The notes under the pieces were generated by a model. It worked only from the letters and a program-made list of their open reading frames with translations, did not search any database and was not told the origin of the DNA. DNA of 60,263 nucleotides, the filler included. It is 7 parts of 7 records of this genome, joined end to end, with 100 filler letters (N's around TTAATTAATTAA, not from the genome) between each part and the next. Parts side by side here need not be neighbours in the genome. Positions count along the whole stretch, not along the records: positions 22,931 to 31,665 come from SRR31156797_19745; positions 31,766 to 45,944 come from SRR31156797_19746; 5 more parts are not named here. The stretch is one strand, 5' to 3'. Shown here one piece after another: positions 26,971-36,496 of this stretch; the stretch's first letter is position 1, and every line of letters begins with the position of its first letter. The position numbers were made by a program, and so were the translations under genes.

Positions 26971-28710
26971 ATGGACCTGCGCATAGCCCTGAACGCGGCA
27001 TTGAGCGGCCTCGCGGCAACGGAAGCCCAGACATCCGTTGCCTCGACCAACATTGCCAATGCCGACGTCGACGGCTACACCACCAAGGTCACCAACCTGA
27101 AGACGACGGTCACGGCCGGCAGCGCGACCGGCGTCGATCTGTCCTCCATCAGCACCTACGTGGACGAGAATCTCGTCAAATCGCTGGTCGATGCCACCAG
27201 CGACGAGAGCTTCAGCCAAACCATCGCCGACTATCTGGAAACCGTTACCAACGCCTTCGGGAGCACCGATTCCGACAGCTCCATCGCGGCGCTCGTTACC
27301 GCTTTCGAAACGGCCATAGCGGACCTTGCCGTAACACCGGAAAGCGACAGTCTGAAATATCTGGTGGTCGATGCCGCGGTCGACCTCGCCGAAGGTCTTT
27401 CCGCCCTATCCGACGAAATCCAGGATCAGCGCGCCAATGCGGACCAGCAAATCGAAACCGCGGTGGAAGAGTTGAACGCGGCGCTCGAGGAGATCGACAG
27501 TCTCAACGATCAGATCGTCAAGGCGAAGGCGCTCGGCCACGACAGCAGCGATCTCGAGGATGCCCGCCGGACCGCTCTGGCGACCGTCGCCGAGAAGCTC
27601 GACATCAACTATTTCGAAACGTCGACCGGTGAATTGCACATATACACGACATCGGGGCAAGCCCTGGTCACCGGCACGGCTCATAGCTTGTCCTATGATG
27701 CGACCAGTGCGGTTTCCTCGGGGATGGAATACCCCTCGGGTTTCGACGGCATCGTGCTTGACGGAAACGATGTCACAACCCTGCTTTCCGGCGGCGAAAT
27801 CGGCGCGCTGATCGAACTGCGCGACGAAACCCTGCCGGGCATCCAGGACGAACTGAACGAACTGGCCGCGACTCTGATCCAAACCGTCAATACCATCAGT
27901 AACCAGGGATCGGCCAACCCCGCGGCGGCGAGTTTGACGGGTGAAACGTCCGTAACGCCATCCGATGCCGCCACCTGGAGCGGCACCATGCGGATCGCGT
28001 TGGTCGATGGCGACGGCACCGTCGATACCGTCGTGGACCTGGATCTAAGTTCCTATGCGACCTATCAGGACCTGGCGACGGCCATCGATTCGATCACCGG
28101 GATCAGCGCGTCGTTCGATGCCGAGGGACGGTTGGTGATCAGCTCGGACGACGATTCGCTGGGGATCGCGATCAACGAAATGGATAGTGCCGTCGGCAGC
28201 GACGACGTCGGCGTTTCCTATTTCTTCGGCCTCAACAACGTCTTTTCCGGTACTTCGGCCGAAACCGTTTCCGTCAACGACGCGCTCGCCTCGGACAGCA
28301 CACTGCTGACGGTGGCCACGCTGAGCGGCGCTTCGGGCCTGGCCGCCAGCGATACGGGGCTTGCCTCGGGCGATGCCTCGATTGCCGAGACTCTCGGAGA
28401 AGTATTGAGCGACACGGCCGATTTTTCGGCCTCCGGTTCGCTGTCCGAAGGTTCCTGGACCCTTTCCGAATATGCCTCGAAGGTCGTCTCGGATGTCGCC
28501 ACCAAGGCGTCCTCGGCGGAATCCGACGCCGAGACGGCCGAGCTCGTCGCCGACAATCTGCAGAACACGTACAGCAACGCCACGGGGGTTAATATCGACG
28601 AGGAGACGGCCATCCTCTCTACCTTGGAGAACCAGTACGCCGCCTGCTCTCAGGTCGTTCAGATTATTGAAGAGATGTTTGAGGTCCTGCTCGACGCCAT
28701 TGCGTCATGA
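26971..28710 (+). CDS. flgK: Flagellar hook-associated protein 1
   Basis: ALSGL, STNIANADVDGYT, GGEIGALIELRD, GVNIDEE..L...Y.A. Confidence 0.93.
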   Translation: MDLRIALNAALSGLAATEAQTSVASTNIANADVDGYTTKVTNLKTTVTAGSATGVDLSSISTYVDENLVKSLVDATSDESFSQTIADYLETVTNAFGSTDSDSSIAALVTAFETAIADLAVTPESDSLKYLVVDAAVDLAEGLSALSDEIQDQRANADQQIETAVEELNAALEEIDSLNDQIVKAKALGHDSSDLEDARRTALATVAEKLDINYFETSTGELHIYTTSGQALVTGTAHSLSYDATSAVSSGMEYPSGFDGIVLDGNDVTTLLSGGEIGALIELRDETLPGIQDELNELAATLIQTVNTISNQGSANPAAASLTGETSVTPSDAATWSGTMRIALVDGDGTVDTVVDLDLSSYATYQDLATAIDSITGISASFDAEGRLVISSDDDSLGIAINEMDSAVGSDDVGVSYFFGLNNVFSGTSAETVSVNDALASDSTLLTVATLSGASGLAASDTGLASGDASIAETLGEVLSDTADFSASGSLSEGSWTLSEYASKVVSDVATKASSAESDAETAELVADNLQNTYSNATGVNIDEETAILSTLENQYAACSQVVQIIEEMFEVLLDAIAS

Positions 28711-28726
28711 TTGGAGAAGCACACCG

Positions 28727-29632
28727 ATGACCCGGATTTCGACATATGGGCAATTGAACGCCACCCTGGCAAACGTCATGCGGCTCCAGAACCAAGTCGC
28801 CGAGGCGACGACCCAGAGTTCGAGCGGCCTGAAGGCGGAAACCTATCAGGGACTGGCCAGCGACAGTCAGCACGTGCTCGATCTGGAGAGCCAGATCGCC
28901 CGCTCGCAGCAATATGTCGAGCAGGGCGAGGTCGAGCTGTCGCGGATCGAAACCATGTACGCTGCCGTCACCAACATGGTCGACGTTATGGGCAGCTACC
29001 AATCCCTCCTCAGTACCACCATCAGCGGCGATCAGGCCGAGGATGCCGGCCTCAACTACCAGAGCCAGAGCTATCTCGACAGCTTCGTGGACCTGGTCAA
29101 CACGCGCTCCTCCGGACGCTTTCTGTTCAGCGGCGATGCGACCGACACGGCGCCTGTGGATCTCAGCGGCTATGCGGCGCAAAGTTATCCGTCGACGGCG
29201 AGCACGGACTACTATCAGGGCGACGATTCCGTCGCCGCCTTCAAGGCCTCGGACGATCGGACCATTACCTATGGCGTGACGGCCGACGGGGACGCCTTCG
29301 AAATGGTCATTCGGGCCCTGAGTCTGGGCGCCAACGCCTCCGAGGATCCGGCCGACACCGACGCCATGACCGAGGCCCTCGATCTGGTCAACGAGGCGAT
29401 CGATGCTCTTCTGGTGGTCCAGACCAAGCTGTCGTCGGCGGCCAGCGACCTGGACCGGGAAATGGACATTCAGACGGAAACTCAGGTCCAGCTCGAGGCC
29501 TTTGCCAGCGAGATCAAGGAGGTCGACGTCGCCGAGGCGGTCACCCGCATGGAAACCCTGCAGACCCAACTGGAGGCCAGCTATTCCGCCATCTCGCGGA
29601 TCAATGACCTGAAGCTGACGGACTACCTGTAG
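28727..29632 (+). CDS. flgL: Flagellar hook-associated protein 3 (flagellin-like)
   Basis: MTRIST, SSGLKA, GRFLFSG, EVDVAEA...LEASY...LKLTDYL. True start 28727, not 28472. Confidence 0.9.
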   Translation: MTRISTYGQLNATLANVMRLQNQVAEATTQSSSGLKAETYQGLASDSQHVLDLESQIARSQQYVEQGEVELSRIETMYAAVTNMVDVMGSYQSLLSTTISGDQAEDAGLNYQSQSYLDSFVDLVNTRSSGRFLFSGDATDTAPVDLSGYAAQSYPSTASTDYYQGDDSVAAFKASDDRTITYGVTADGDAFEMVIRALSLGANASEDPADTDAMTEALDLVNEAIDALLVVQTKLSSAASDLDREMDIQTETQVQLEAFASEIKEVDVAEAVTRMETLQTQLEASYSAISRINDLKLTDYL

Positions 29633-29751
29633 TCGGCCGGCGTCATAAACGGCGTACGGCCCACCGTTCGCGTTCACAGGAATGTTGGTTGAAATTCTGG
29701 TGTAACCCTTAAACCACCAGCCGATTTCCGTTCACATTGTCTGTTTGTAGC

Positions 29752-29920
29752 AGCGGATGTCCGCTTTGGGTCTTGGTCGTGTGAAAACGTTCATGGGAAA
29801 GCCAATCACGTCGCTTGGTTCGGCGGATCGATGTCGGATCCGACATTTAGCGATTGTGGCCGTATCGGGTTGTTTCGCGTTCTGAGGCCATTGCGGCGGC
29901 TTGAGGCGTAGGCTTCAGAG
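29752..29920 (-). mobile_element. Possible IS1182-like terminal remnant abutting an AAGCGGACAT-type palindromic repeat
   Basis: Minus strand reads GTTTTCACACGACC-AAGACCCAAAGCGGACAT; perfect 16-bp palindrome at 29831-29846. The resemblance is from memory; no transposase is present. Confidence 0.35.
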
Positions 29921-29926
29921 TATTCA

Positions 29927-31549
29927 TCAACGTTGCGGGATGCATCGGAGGATCGTCGCAGTAGTAGCTCTCAGAGTTTCATCGACTTGATCATACACAG
30001 TGTCGAGAGCATATCCCCATCCTTGTCTTGTCGATTCAGGATCAATAACGAAGTCCTCAAGCGCAGTGTTCCTACGATCGACGTGTTCACTTCGAACGTT
30101 ATGACCTATTAGCGTGCGAAGGTTGTTTAGTCGGAAAAGTTGGTGGATTGGGCTATTCCATTCTCGGTCTGGTTCTCGTAGGCGGGCGACGACTTTCGGA
30201 GTTTCCTCCGGAATAGAGAGGCCCGACTCGTTGGCTTCGAAGCAGCATCTAACGATAGCATCTAGGAGTTTTAGCGACCTCAGGTTTGATAGCTCGCCAC
30301 TTTCGAAGCCGAGTTTTCGGCACAGTTGACGAAGTTTGCGTTCTTGAAGGGCTTCAATGACAGCCTTTGTCAGATCGTTGCAGCGGGAAAGAAAATCGTG
30401 TTCCGTCATCGTCGGTGGGGCGTGCCGGGCCAGTGCTTGGAACTCGTTCTTTCCCCACCACCCAAAGTAATCGAGCTCGGCCGCGTCGATGCCGACGAAG
30501 TCCTTTGAATCGGATTGCTCGTCGAGAATTCCTGCAAGGGCGGCGAGTGAGTCACCAAGTTGGCATAAACTTGCCGAAATCGATTTCGCGCGGGTTGCAA
30601 TGTTGGCTTCCTGTCTCAGCGCGGCCAAGTCCTGTTCGTTCGGAGGTTCAACAACGTATTTGTGCCAGTGATTGATGATCTCTCGACGACCGCCCTCGTA
30701 AAGCTTCTTGAGTTCCAACCGAATGAGATCACGTCCAACGCGATTGCAGTGGGAAATTGACCACTGCCCGCCATGCGCCACACTTCCCATCTCTGGAATG
30801 ATGCGGTACTCCGGTCTTCCCTCGAATTTCTGTAGTACCGCGTCATTTACGTATACAACGTCGCGGATGCCGAGTTTCATGGCTAGATCATAGTTGATAG
30901 CTTGGTCAAAGCTCGGCCACGACAGATCAAAATCATCGCGTTCAACTCCGCTGATAGGAGCTGACCCGGGCCGCAATAGAACGCGCGCTCCATACACTTG
31001 CGCACAGATCGGATTGGCACCGTATCGGGTATTGTTGACCACCACTTTTCTGTCGGCGTAAGCTACTTCGAAGTAATCGTCGTCTCCGAACTTGCCCGCA
31101 ATATCGTCGTCGATTTTCCCCCATCTCTCCTCGAAATATACCTGCACGAGGGCTGCGGCGCGGAGCGAAGCGTAGTCTGCAAGATAGTCCTGTGCGATGA
31201 GGACTTCTGCTCGGGTGACATTGGGAAAGTCATACACAGATACCGGTCGAACCTTGACCACGTCGTACCGGGGAAGCTGTTGTTCATCCCAACAGATCAC
31301 ACCATCCCGATCCAGGATTCGTGGAATCAAACCATAGGTCATCAAGAAACCTTGATCGGGTAATAGGGTGGTGCGGTTGTGCGATTCCCAAGAAACGACC
31401 AATGGCTCGTACTGCGCCGCAAGGTGGTCAGCAGCACCAATCCAGAAACGCGGCGAAAAAGGTTCTTCTCCTGGTCTAAAACTCGGAAATGGGCCATTGG
31501 ACGAGCAGGTTGTGTGGAGTTGCGCCAACCGCTTTTCAATCTCGTCCAA
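29927..31549 (-). CDS. Hypothetical protein with a C-terminal HEPN-like Rx4H motif
   Basis: 540-aa ORF, lower GC than the flg genes; LNNLRTLIGH at about 30101-30130. Start uncertain: the frame stays open to about 31651. Confidence 0.7.
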   Translation of the reverse strand: MDEIEKRLAQLHTTCSSNGPFPSFRPGEEPFSPRFWIGAADHLAAQYEPLVVSWESHNRTTLLPDQGFLMTYGLIPRILDRDGVICWDEQQLPRYDVVKVRPVSVYDFPNVTRAEVLIAQDYLADYASLRAAALVQVYFEERWGKIDDDIAGKFGDDDYFEVAYADRKVVVNNTRYGANPICAQVYGARVLLRPGSAPISGVERDDFDLSWPSFDQAINYDLAMKLGIRDVVYVNDAVLQKFEGRPEYRIIPEMGSVAHGGQWSISHCNRVGRDLIRLELKKLYEGGRREIINHWHKYVVEPPNEQDLAALRQEANIATRAKSISASLCQLGDSLAALAGILDEQSDSKDFVGIDAAELDYFGWWGKNEFQALARHAPPTMTEHDFLSRCNDLTKAVIEALQERKLRQLCRKLGFESGELSNLRSLKLLDAIVRCCFEANESGLSIPEETPKVVARLREPDREWNSPIHQLFRLNNLRTLIGHNVRSEHVDRRNTALEDFVIDPESTRQGWGYALDTVYDQVDETLRATTATILRCIPQR

Positions 31550-31665
31550 TTCTTCCAGTGGGACCAGGGCCGTGAATGTTGATCGGTATTCACGGGGCTC
31601 TTTGTTGTCGGCGCCGGAAATCTCAGCGACACAAACTAGAGCGTAATTCGATCATCTGGAATCGA

Positions 31666-31765
31666 NNNNNNNNNNNNNNNNNNNNNNNNNNNNNNNNNNN
31701 NNNNNNNNNTTAATTAATTAANNNNNNNNNNNNNNNNNNNNNNNNNNNNNNNNNNNNNNNNNNNN
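31666..31765. other. Artificial contig linker
   Basis: N-run with TTAATTAATTAA. Confidence 0.99.
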
Positions 31766-31825
31766 CTGTTTCTGCGCCATGAAGGCGTTCTTTTTAGAAT
31801 ATTAAAAACTGTCCCTCGGTTCAAC

Positions 31826-31874
31826 AAAGCCACGAAGGCCGAACCTTTTTTGTTCGGTATTCGTGGCTTTTTTT
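31826..31874 (+). terminator. Leader terminator/attenuator upstream of the FmdE-TonB receptor operon
   Basis: AAAGCCACGAA..CCGAAC-loop-GTTCGG..TTCGTGGCTTT plus a T-tract, about 25 nt before the first gene. Confidence 0.75.
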
Positions 31875-31898
31875 ATGGAGAAGGAAAGGAGACTGGAA

Positions 31899-33044
31899 TT
31901 GAAAAAGAGCAAAAAATGTATGGAGAAAATCGGATATTCGAAAACGGCAACTCTTCTGTGGCTTCTGGGGGCCTGCCTGCTAATCCTGATGGTGAAAACA
32001 AGTTATGCCGAAATTACCGATTCCGGGTATGAAAAGTGGAAAATGGTCGGAAAACGGTCAGGGGAAGAGGCCCTCGCTTTGATGAAGCAACGCGGGACCG
32101 TCCTGAAAAAAAAGGATCTGGTGGCTCTGACGAATGCCGGATATGCTGAAGTGAACGGGACCTCCACCCAAGGCGCTCTGGACGGATTTGGCTCTGCAAC
32201 GGGGGTGAGCAGGGGCAGAAATACCCTTGTGGAAATTCATCAAGGACCCTGGATACCTCTTTGGTTCGCAGTATACGACCGCCGTTCCGGTCTATGCGCC
32301 TATTTGCAGATGGATCCTTCCGATATCCGGAAAGGATCGGAAATTTCAGTTATACCCCTGTCGGAACTCTTTTCCATCGTGGTCCTGGAGAGAATCAATG
32401 CCGAATATCTTTATGAACATGCCGCGGCGTTTGAGAAAAAACTCGCCCGAAAAGTGTTCGGAGGCAACGAATTTCGCATTGTCGCCATTGCCAACGCCAT
32501 AGGGGAGGGTGCCCCCCCTTATGCGGTCAGGGTTTTCGAGTTCCACGATCACTTCTGCCCCGGCGTCAGCTCCGGCATCCTCATGTCCAATTATCTGAAA
32601 AAACATTTTCCACCGGAACCGGGCGGTCGATACTTCATACACGCGGTGGAACCCTGGTGCAAGGAAGACGCCTTGCTGGTCCTTTTAAACGCAACGCCGG
32701 GAAAGCGCTGCTACGCCGCTTACCACCCCACAAAAGCGGATAAGGAAAGGCTGGTTCCCTCGGCAAAAAATGCATCCGCCATCGTTTATCGAAAAAACAA
32801 GGCCGCAAAAACATGGGAAGGATTGGTTCTCGCATTCGAATGGCCCGAAACCGGATGTCCCAAAAGTAAAAGCTGGTTTATCGACAAGCTTTGCGAAGAT
32901 CTCTGGTATTTGAAACGCCTGGAAAAACCCGAGGATTTCGTGAAGGTGGTCAAGGCCTTTAAACTTTCCAAAGGTGTCTCGCCTAAGGATTGGGCGAGAC
33001 CCGGAATCGACCCCTTAAAAAAACTGGGATTGTTGAAGGAATAA
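31899..33044 (+). CDS. Exported FmdE/FwdE-family metal-binding protein
   Basis: FHDHFCPGVSSG and PWCKEDA...TPGK motifs; N-terminal hydrophobic signal ending SYA-E. Start 31899 (TTG after AGGAG) or 31920. Confidence 0.82.
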   Translation: MKKSKKCMEKIGYSKTATLLWLLGACLLILMVKTSYAEITDSGYEKWKMVGKRSGEEALALMKQRGTVLKKKDLVALTNAGYAEVNGTSTQGALDGFGSATGVSRGRNTLVEIHQGPWIPLWFAVYDRRSGLCAYLQMDPSDIRKGSEISVIPLSELFSIVVLERINAEYLYEHAAAFEKKLARKVFGGNEFRIVAIANAIGEGAPPYAVRVFEFHDHFCPGVSSGILMSNYLKKHFPPEPGGRYFIHAVEPWCKEDALLVLLNATPGKRCYAAYHPTKADKERLVPSAKNASAIVYRKNKAAKTWEGLVLAFEWPETGCPKSKSWFIDKLCEDLWYLKRLEKPEDFVKVVKAFKLSKGVSPKDWARPGIDPLKKLGLLKE

Positions 33045-33094
33045 TTTTCACCAAAACGGGCACTTATCGATTTGTTTAACAAAGGAGGAAAGGT

Positions 33095-35179
33095 ATGAAG
33101 AAATTGTTTGGCATTGTTTTTTGCGTTTTTGTTGTTTTCGGGTGGCTCACCCCTTGCACCATTTCATTTGCCCATGAGAAAGAACGGGAATCGGAGAGCA
33201 CCAAGACCGGACAGGCGGAAAAGTCTGTGGATCTGGAGGAGATGGTGGTAACCGCCAATCGATATGAAACGCCCATCGAAAATATTCCCGCCAGCGTAAC
33301 CGTCATCACAAGAGAACAGATAGCGGAAGCCAGCGGTTTGAGGGTGGACCATATTTTGAGGAAATATGCGGGTCTGGATGTAACGCGAACATCCTTTTTA
33401 TCCCACAGCGCAAACGTGGTTCTGCGGGGCATGGGTGAAATGCCGGGAAGGACGTTGATCCTTTATGACGGCATGCCCATGAACAAGGCCGATACCGGTA
33501 CCACCAACTGGGACCTCTTCCAACCCGAGGACATCGAGAGGATCGAGATCGTCAGGGGGCCGGCATCCGTGCTTTACGGTTCAAACGCCATGGGCGGGGT
33601 GATCAACATCATTTCCAGAAAGGTGGATCACAAACCCATCGGTTTCAATGCCAGGGGCATGTACGGTACATTCAACACCTGGGATGCCGGTGCAACCTTG
33701 ACGGGTGAAGTGGACAATTTCGGCTATTACGTCTCTTTTGATCATCTGGCGAGCGATGGGTACAACCCCGTGCCCGAAGGAGAGCGCTCCCCATACGATG
33801 TTAAAAGAGACCTTCGGGAAGACCACCTGAGGACCCAATTCACCTACGAATTTGAAAACGCCTCAAAGATCAGTCTGGGCTATCTTTTCTACGACGACAA
33901 AAGGGGGGAGGGGACTAAAATCCGCCACGATGACGGTGTCTATCGCAAATGGAAAACCAACAATTTTAACATGGCCTATGACTGGGCCATGGGGTTTTCA
34001 AACTGGGTGATCAAGGCCTATTACAACAAGGAGGACTATTTCTGGAATCGGGAGAGTCTGAGAAGGGGTAAATACACCTTGTATGAAGTGGATGTGGATA
34101 GGGTGGATGCCGGGGGGACCCTGCAGAGCACCATCCCGATCCTGGATTGGAATCTGCTCACCGCCGGCTTTGATTACCGGTTCGGCAGCGTTGACGGCGG
34201 CGACACCGACGTTATTCGCAATAACAAACCGAGCAACAAAAAGGTCCACAACGAAGGAAAACAGCACACCTATTCTCTTTTTTTGAACGACCAGATAACC
34301 ATCGGGGAGCGTGTAACCGTGGATGCGGGCCTCCGCTACGATTATGTCAAGAGCGTTGACGGTAAATTTTCCGATTCCAGCGGCTTTCTTCCAGACCGCG
34401 AATACCCAGACAAAAGTTGGGATCATTTGACCCCCAGGGCCGGCGCTATTTTCCGGATCACCGACGATACGTCCATACGCGGTTCCATCGGAACCGCGTT
34501 TCGGGCGCCCATCCTGGACGATTTGTACCGGAACGGCATATTTCGGGGAAGAATCTACGCGGCCAATCCGGACCTGGGACCGGAAAAAACCATCTCATAT
34601 GAGGCGGGGCTGAATCACAGTTTTACGCAAGGCTTTTCCTGCGGCCTTTCCGGCTATTTTACCCGGGGCGACGACTTTTTTTATCCCATCAAGATCGGCA
34701 TCGATCCCGATACCGGTCGAGACCTGTATCAGCGGCAGAATGTGGGCAAAGTCAACATATACGGCGTTGAGGTGGAGGCCAATTGGACCATCAACGAGAT
34801 GTTTGCGCTGTTCGGGAATTACACCTTCAATGTATCCAAAATCGATGAGTTCAGCCAAAGGCCGGGGTTGGAAGGGAAGTATCTGATGGATTCTCCCCGG
34901 AATAAGGCCAATATGGGGGTTACTTTTTATCATCCCGATATTTTCAGGGCCGAGTTGGTGGGAAGATATGTGGGCAATCGGTATGGGGACGACGAAAACA
35001 CATCAGAATACGAACTGGATGATTACGTTGTCTTTGACGTCAAGTTCATGCGTGGCTTCACCCGGTATTGTGAAGCCTATGTGGATATTGTGAATATCTT
35101 TAATAAAAAGATTCTGTACGCTTCCGATTACGAAGGCCCCGGGATCGAGATCCGCGCCGGCGTGACCGTCAGATTTTAG
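33095..35179 (+). CDS. TonB-dependent receptor (BtuB/CirA-like)
   Basis: EMVVTANR TonB box, IERIEIVRGPASVLYGSNAMGGVINII plug, NPDLGPE, terminal Phe. Confidence 0.95.
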   Translation: MKKLFGIVFCVFVVFGWLTPCTISFAHEKERESESTKTGQAEKSVDLEEMVVTANRYETPIENIPASVTVITREQIAEASGLRVDHILRKYAGLDVTRTSFLSHSANVVLRGMGEMPGRTLILYDGMPMNKADTGTTNWDLFQPEDIERIEIVRGPASVLYGSNAMGGVINIISRKVDHKPIGFNARGMYGTFNTWDAGATLTGEVDNFGYYVSFDHLASDGYNPVPEGERSPYDVKRDLREDHLRTQFTYEFENASKISLGYLFYDDKRGEGTKIRHDDGVYRKWKTNNFNMAYDWAMGFSNWVIKAYYNKEDYFWNRESLRRGKYTLYEVDVDRVDAGGTLQSTIPILDWNLLTAGFDYRFGSVDGGDTDVIRNNKPSNKKVHNEGKQHTYSLFLNDQITIGERVTVDAGLRYDYVKSVDGKFSDSSGFLPDREYPDKSWDHLTPRAGAIFRITDDTSIRGSIGTAFRAPILDDLYRNGIFRGRIYAANPDLGPEKTISYEAGLNHSFTQGFSCGLSGYFTRGDDFFYPIKIGIDPDTGRDLYQRQNVGKVNIYGVEVEANWTINEMFALFGNYTFNVSKIDEFSQRPGLEGKYLMDSPRNKANMGVTFYHPDIFRAELVGRYVGNRYGDDENTSEYELDDYVVFDVKFMRGFTRYCEAYVDIVNIFNKKILYASDYEGPGIEIRAGVTVRF

Positions 35180-35389
35180 GAATTCAGGTTTTAGGAGGTC
35201 ATGTGAGAACCCTCGGTACGGTCCTCTTTTAGCCGTTGAATTCCCTTGCCGCCGCCAACAAAGGGGACAAGTTCAACCTTGACTCTTGCTTGATTTTTTG
35301 TCAGGTTCTCCTTAATCCAGATCGGTAAGAACTCCATATCCGGTGTGTGACATCACCAAAAAGTCAAAAAATGCAGCGAAACATTAACC

Positions 35390-36466
35390 ATGCCCACTGA
35401 AAAAGTTGATACTGTGATTATCGGAGGCGGTCTCAGCGGTATTTATGCCGCCTACCTGCTCTCCCAAAAAAATGAATCCTTTGTGGTCCTCGAAGCCCGG
35501 GACCGCATGGGCGGCAGGATTTTAAGCCCTGAACATCAAGGGTTTTTCTCCGATCTCGGTCCCTCCTGGTACTGGCCCGCCATTCACCCCAAAATGGTGC
35601 GTCTTATTCAAGATCTGGGTCTTGAAGGATATCGCCAGTTTGAAGAGGGCATGGGCCGTTTTCAAAATCCTGACGGCACTGCACTGACCGTCAGCGGTTA
35701 CCCCATGGAACCTCTCTCCTGGCGGCTTACGGGTGGCATGGCGGCATTGATCACAAAACTTTGTGAGGAGATTGATGAAAACAGCATCAGACTCAAACAT
35801 CCGGTCTGTAAGATTGAAAAAAAAATCACCGGGGCGCTGGTCAGCGTCGGCGAGCTGGAGAAAGAGCCCTGGAAACGGTTCAATGTCAAAAAGATAATCC
35901 TTGCTCTGCCGCCACGCCTTGCCGCAGCCACCATCCTCTTTGAGCCTGATCTTTCCCATGATTTGACCCAGGCCATGCTCAAAATCGGTACCTGGATGGC
36001 GGGTCAGGCGAAATTTTGCGCGCTTTACGAAGCGCCTTTCTGGCGGCGGACGGGCCTTTCGGGCCAGGCTTTCAGCCAGTGCGGTCCTTTGGGTGAAATC
36101 CATGATGGAAGCAACAACAGCCATGGCCCCTACGGATTGACCGGTTTTCTCGGCATTCCGGCGGCCCAACGAAACCATCACCGCCGCATTGCCGGGGAGA
36201 TTCTCTCCCAACTTGCCGTCATCTACGGCGAACCGGCGGCCAAGCCGATGACGTTGTTTTACCAGGATTGGGCGCGCGAACAATTTACCGCCACCCGGTT
36301 CGACCAGCCGCCCATGTACGAACATCCCCTCTATCACCCCCCGGCGGGTCAAACCGCTATTTGGGACGGCGTTATCCATTTTGCCGGTACGGAAACCGCC
36401 GACCGGCAAGGCGGTTACCTGGAAGGCGCTCTTGCGGCCGCCGAACGGGCGGTGGAGAATGACTGA
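35390..36466 (+). CDS. Flavin monoamine oxidase family protein
   Basis: IIGGGLSG..EARDRMGGR, DLGPSWYWP, HFAGTET...GYLEGA. Confidence 0.9.
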   Translation: MPTEKVDTVIIGGGLSGIYAAYLLSQKNESFVVLEARDRMGGRILSPEHQGFFSDLGPSWYWPAIHPKMVRLIQDLGLEGYRQFEEGMGRFQNPDGTALTVSGYPMEPLSWRLTGGMAALITKLCEEIDENSIRLKHPVCKIEKKITGALVSVGELEKEPWKRFNVKKIILALPPRLAAATILFEPDLSHDLTQAMLKIGTWMAGQAKFCALYEAPFWRRTGLSGQAFSQCGPLGEIHDGSNNSHGPYGLTGFLGIPAAQRNHHRRIAGEILSQLAVIYGEPAAKPMTLFYQDWAREQFTATRFDQPPMYEHPLYHPPAGQTAIWDGVIHFAGTETADRQGGYLEGALAAAERAVEND

Positions 36467-36496
36467 GACTAGGGCTTCCCTAGGAGGAGATTTTTT

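Noticed and set aside
24009-29677. Long antisense and alternate-frame ORFs over the flg genes (e.g. 318, 337, 298 aa)
   Set aside because: Shadow ORFs caused by high GC3 codon bias; no motifs.
35193-35232. Strong SD (AGGAGG) followed by ATG-TGA or a 9-codon GTG ORF after the TonB receptor
   Set aside because: Too short to support; at most a scar of a deleted operon gene.
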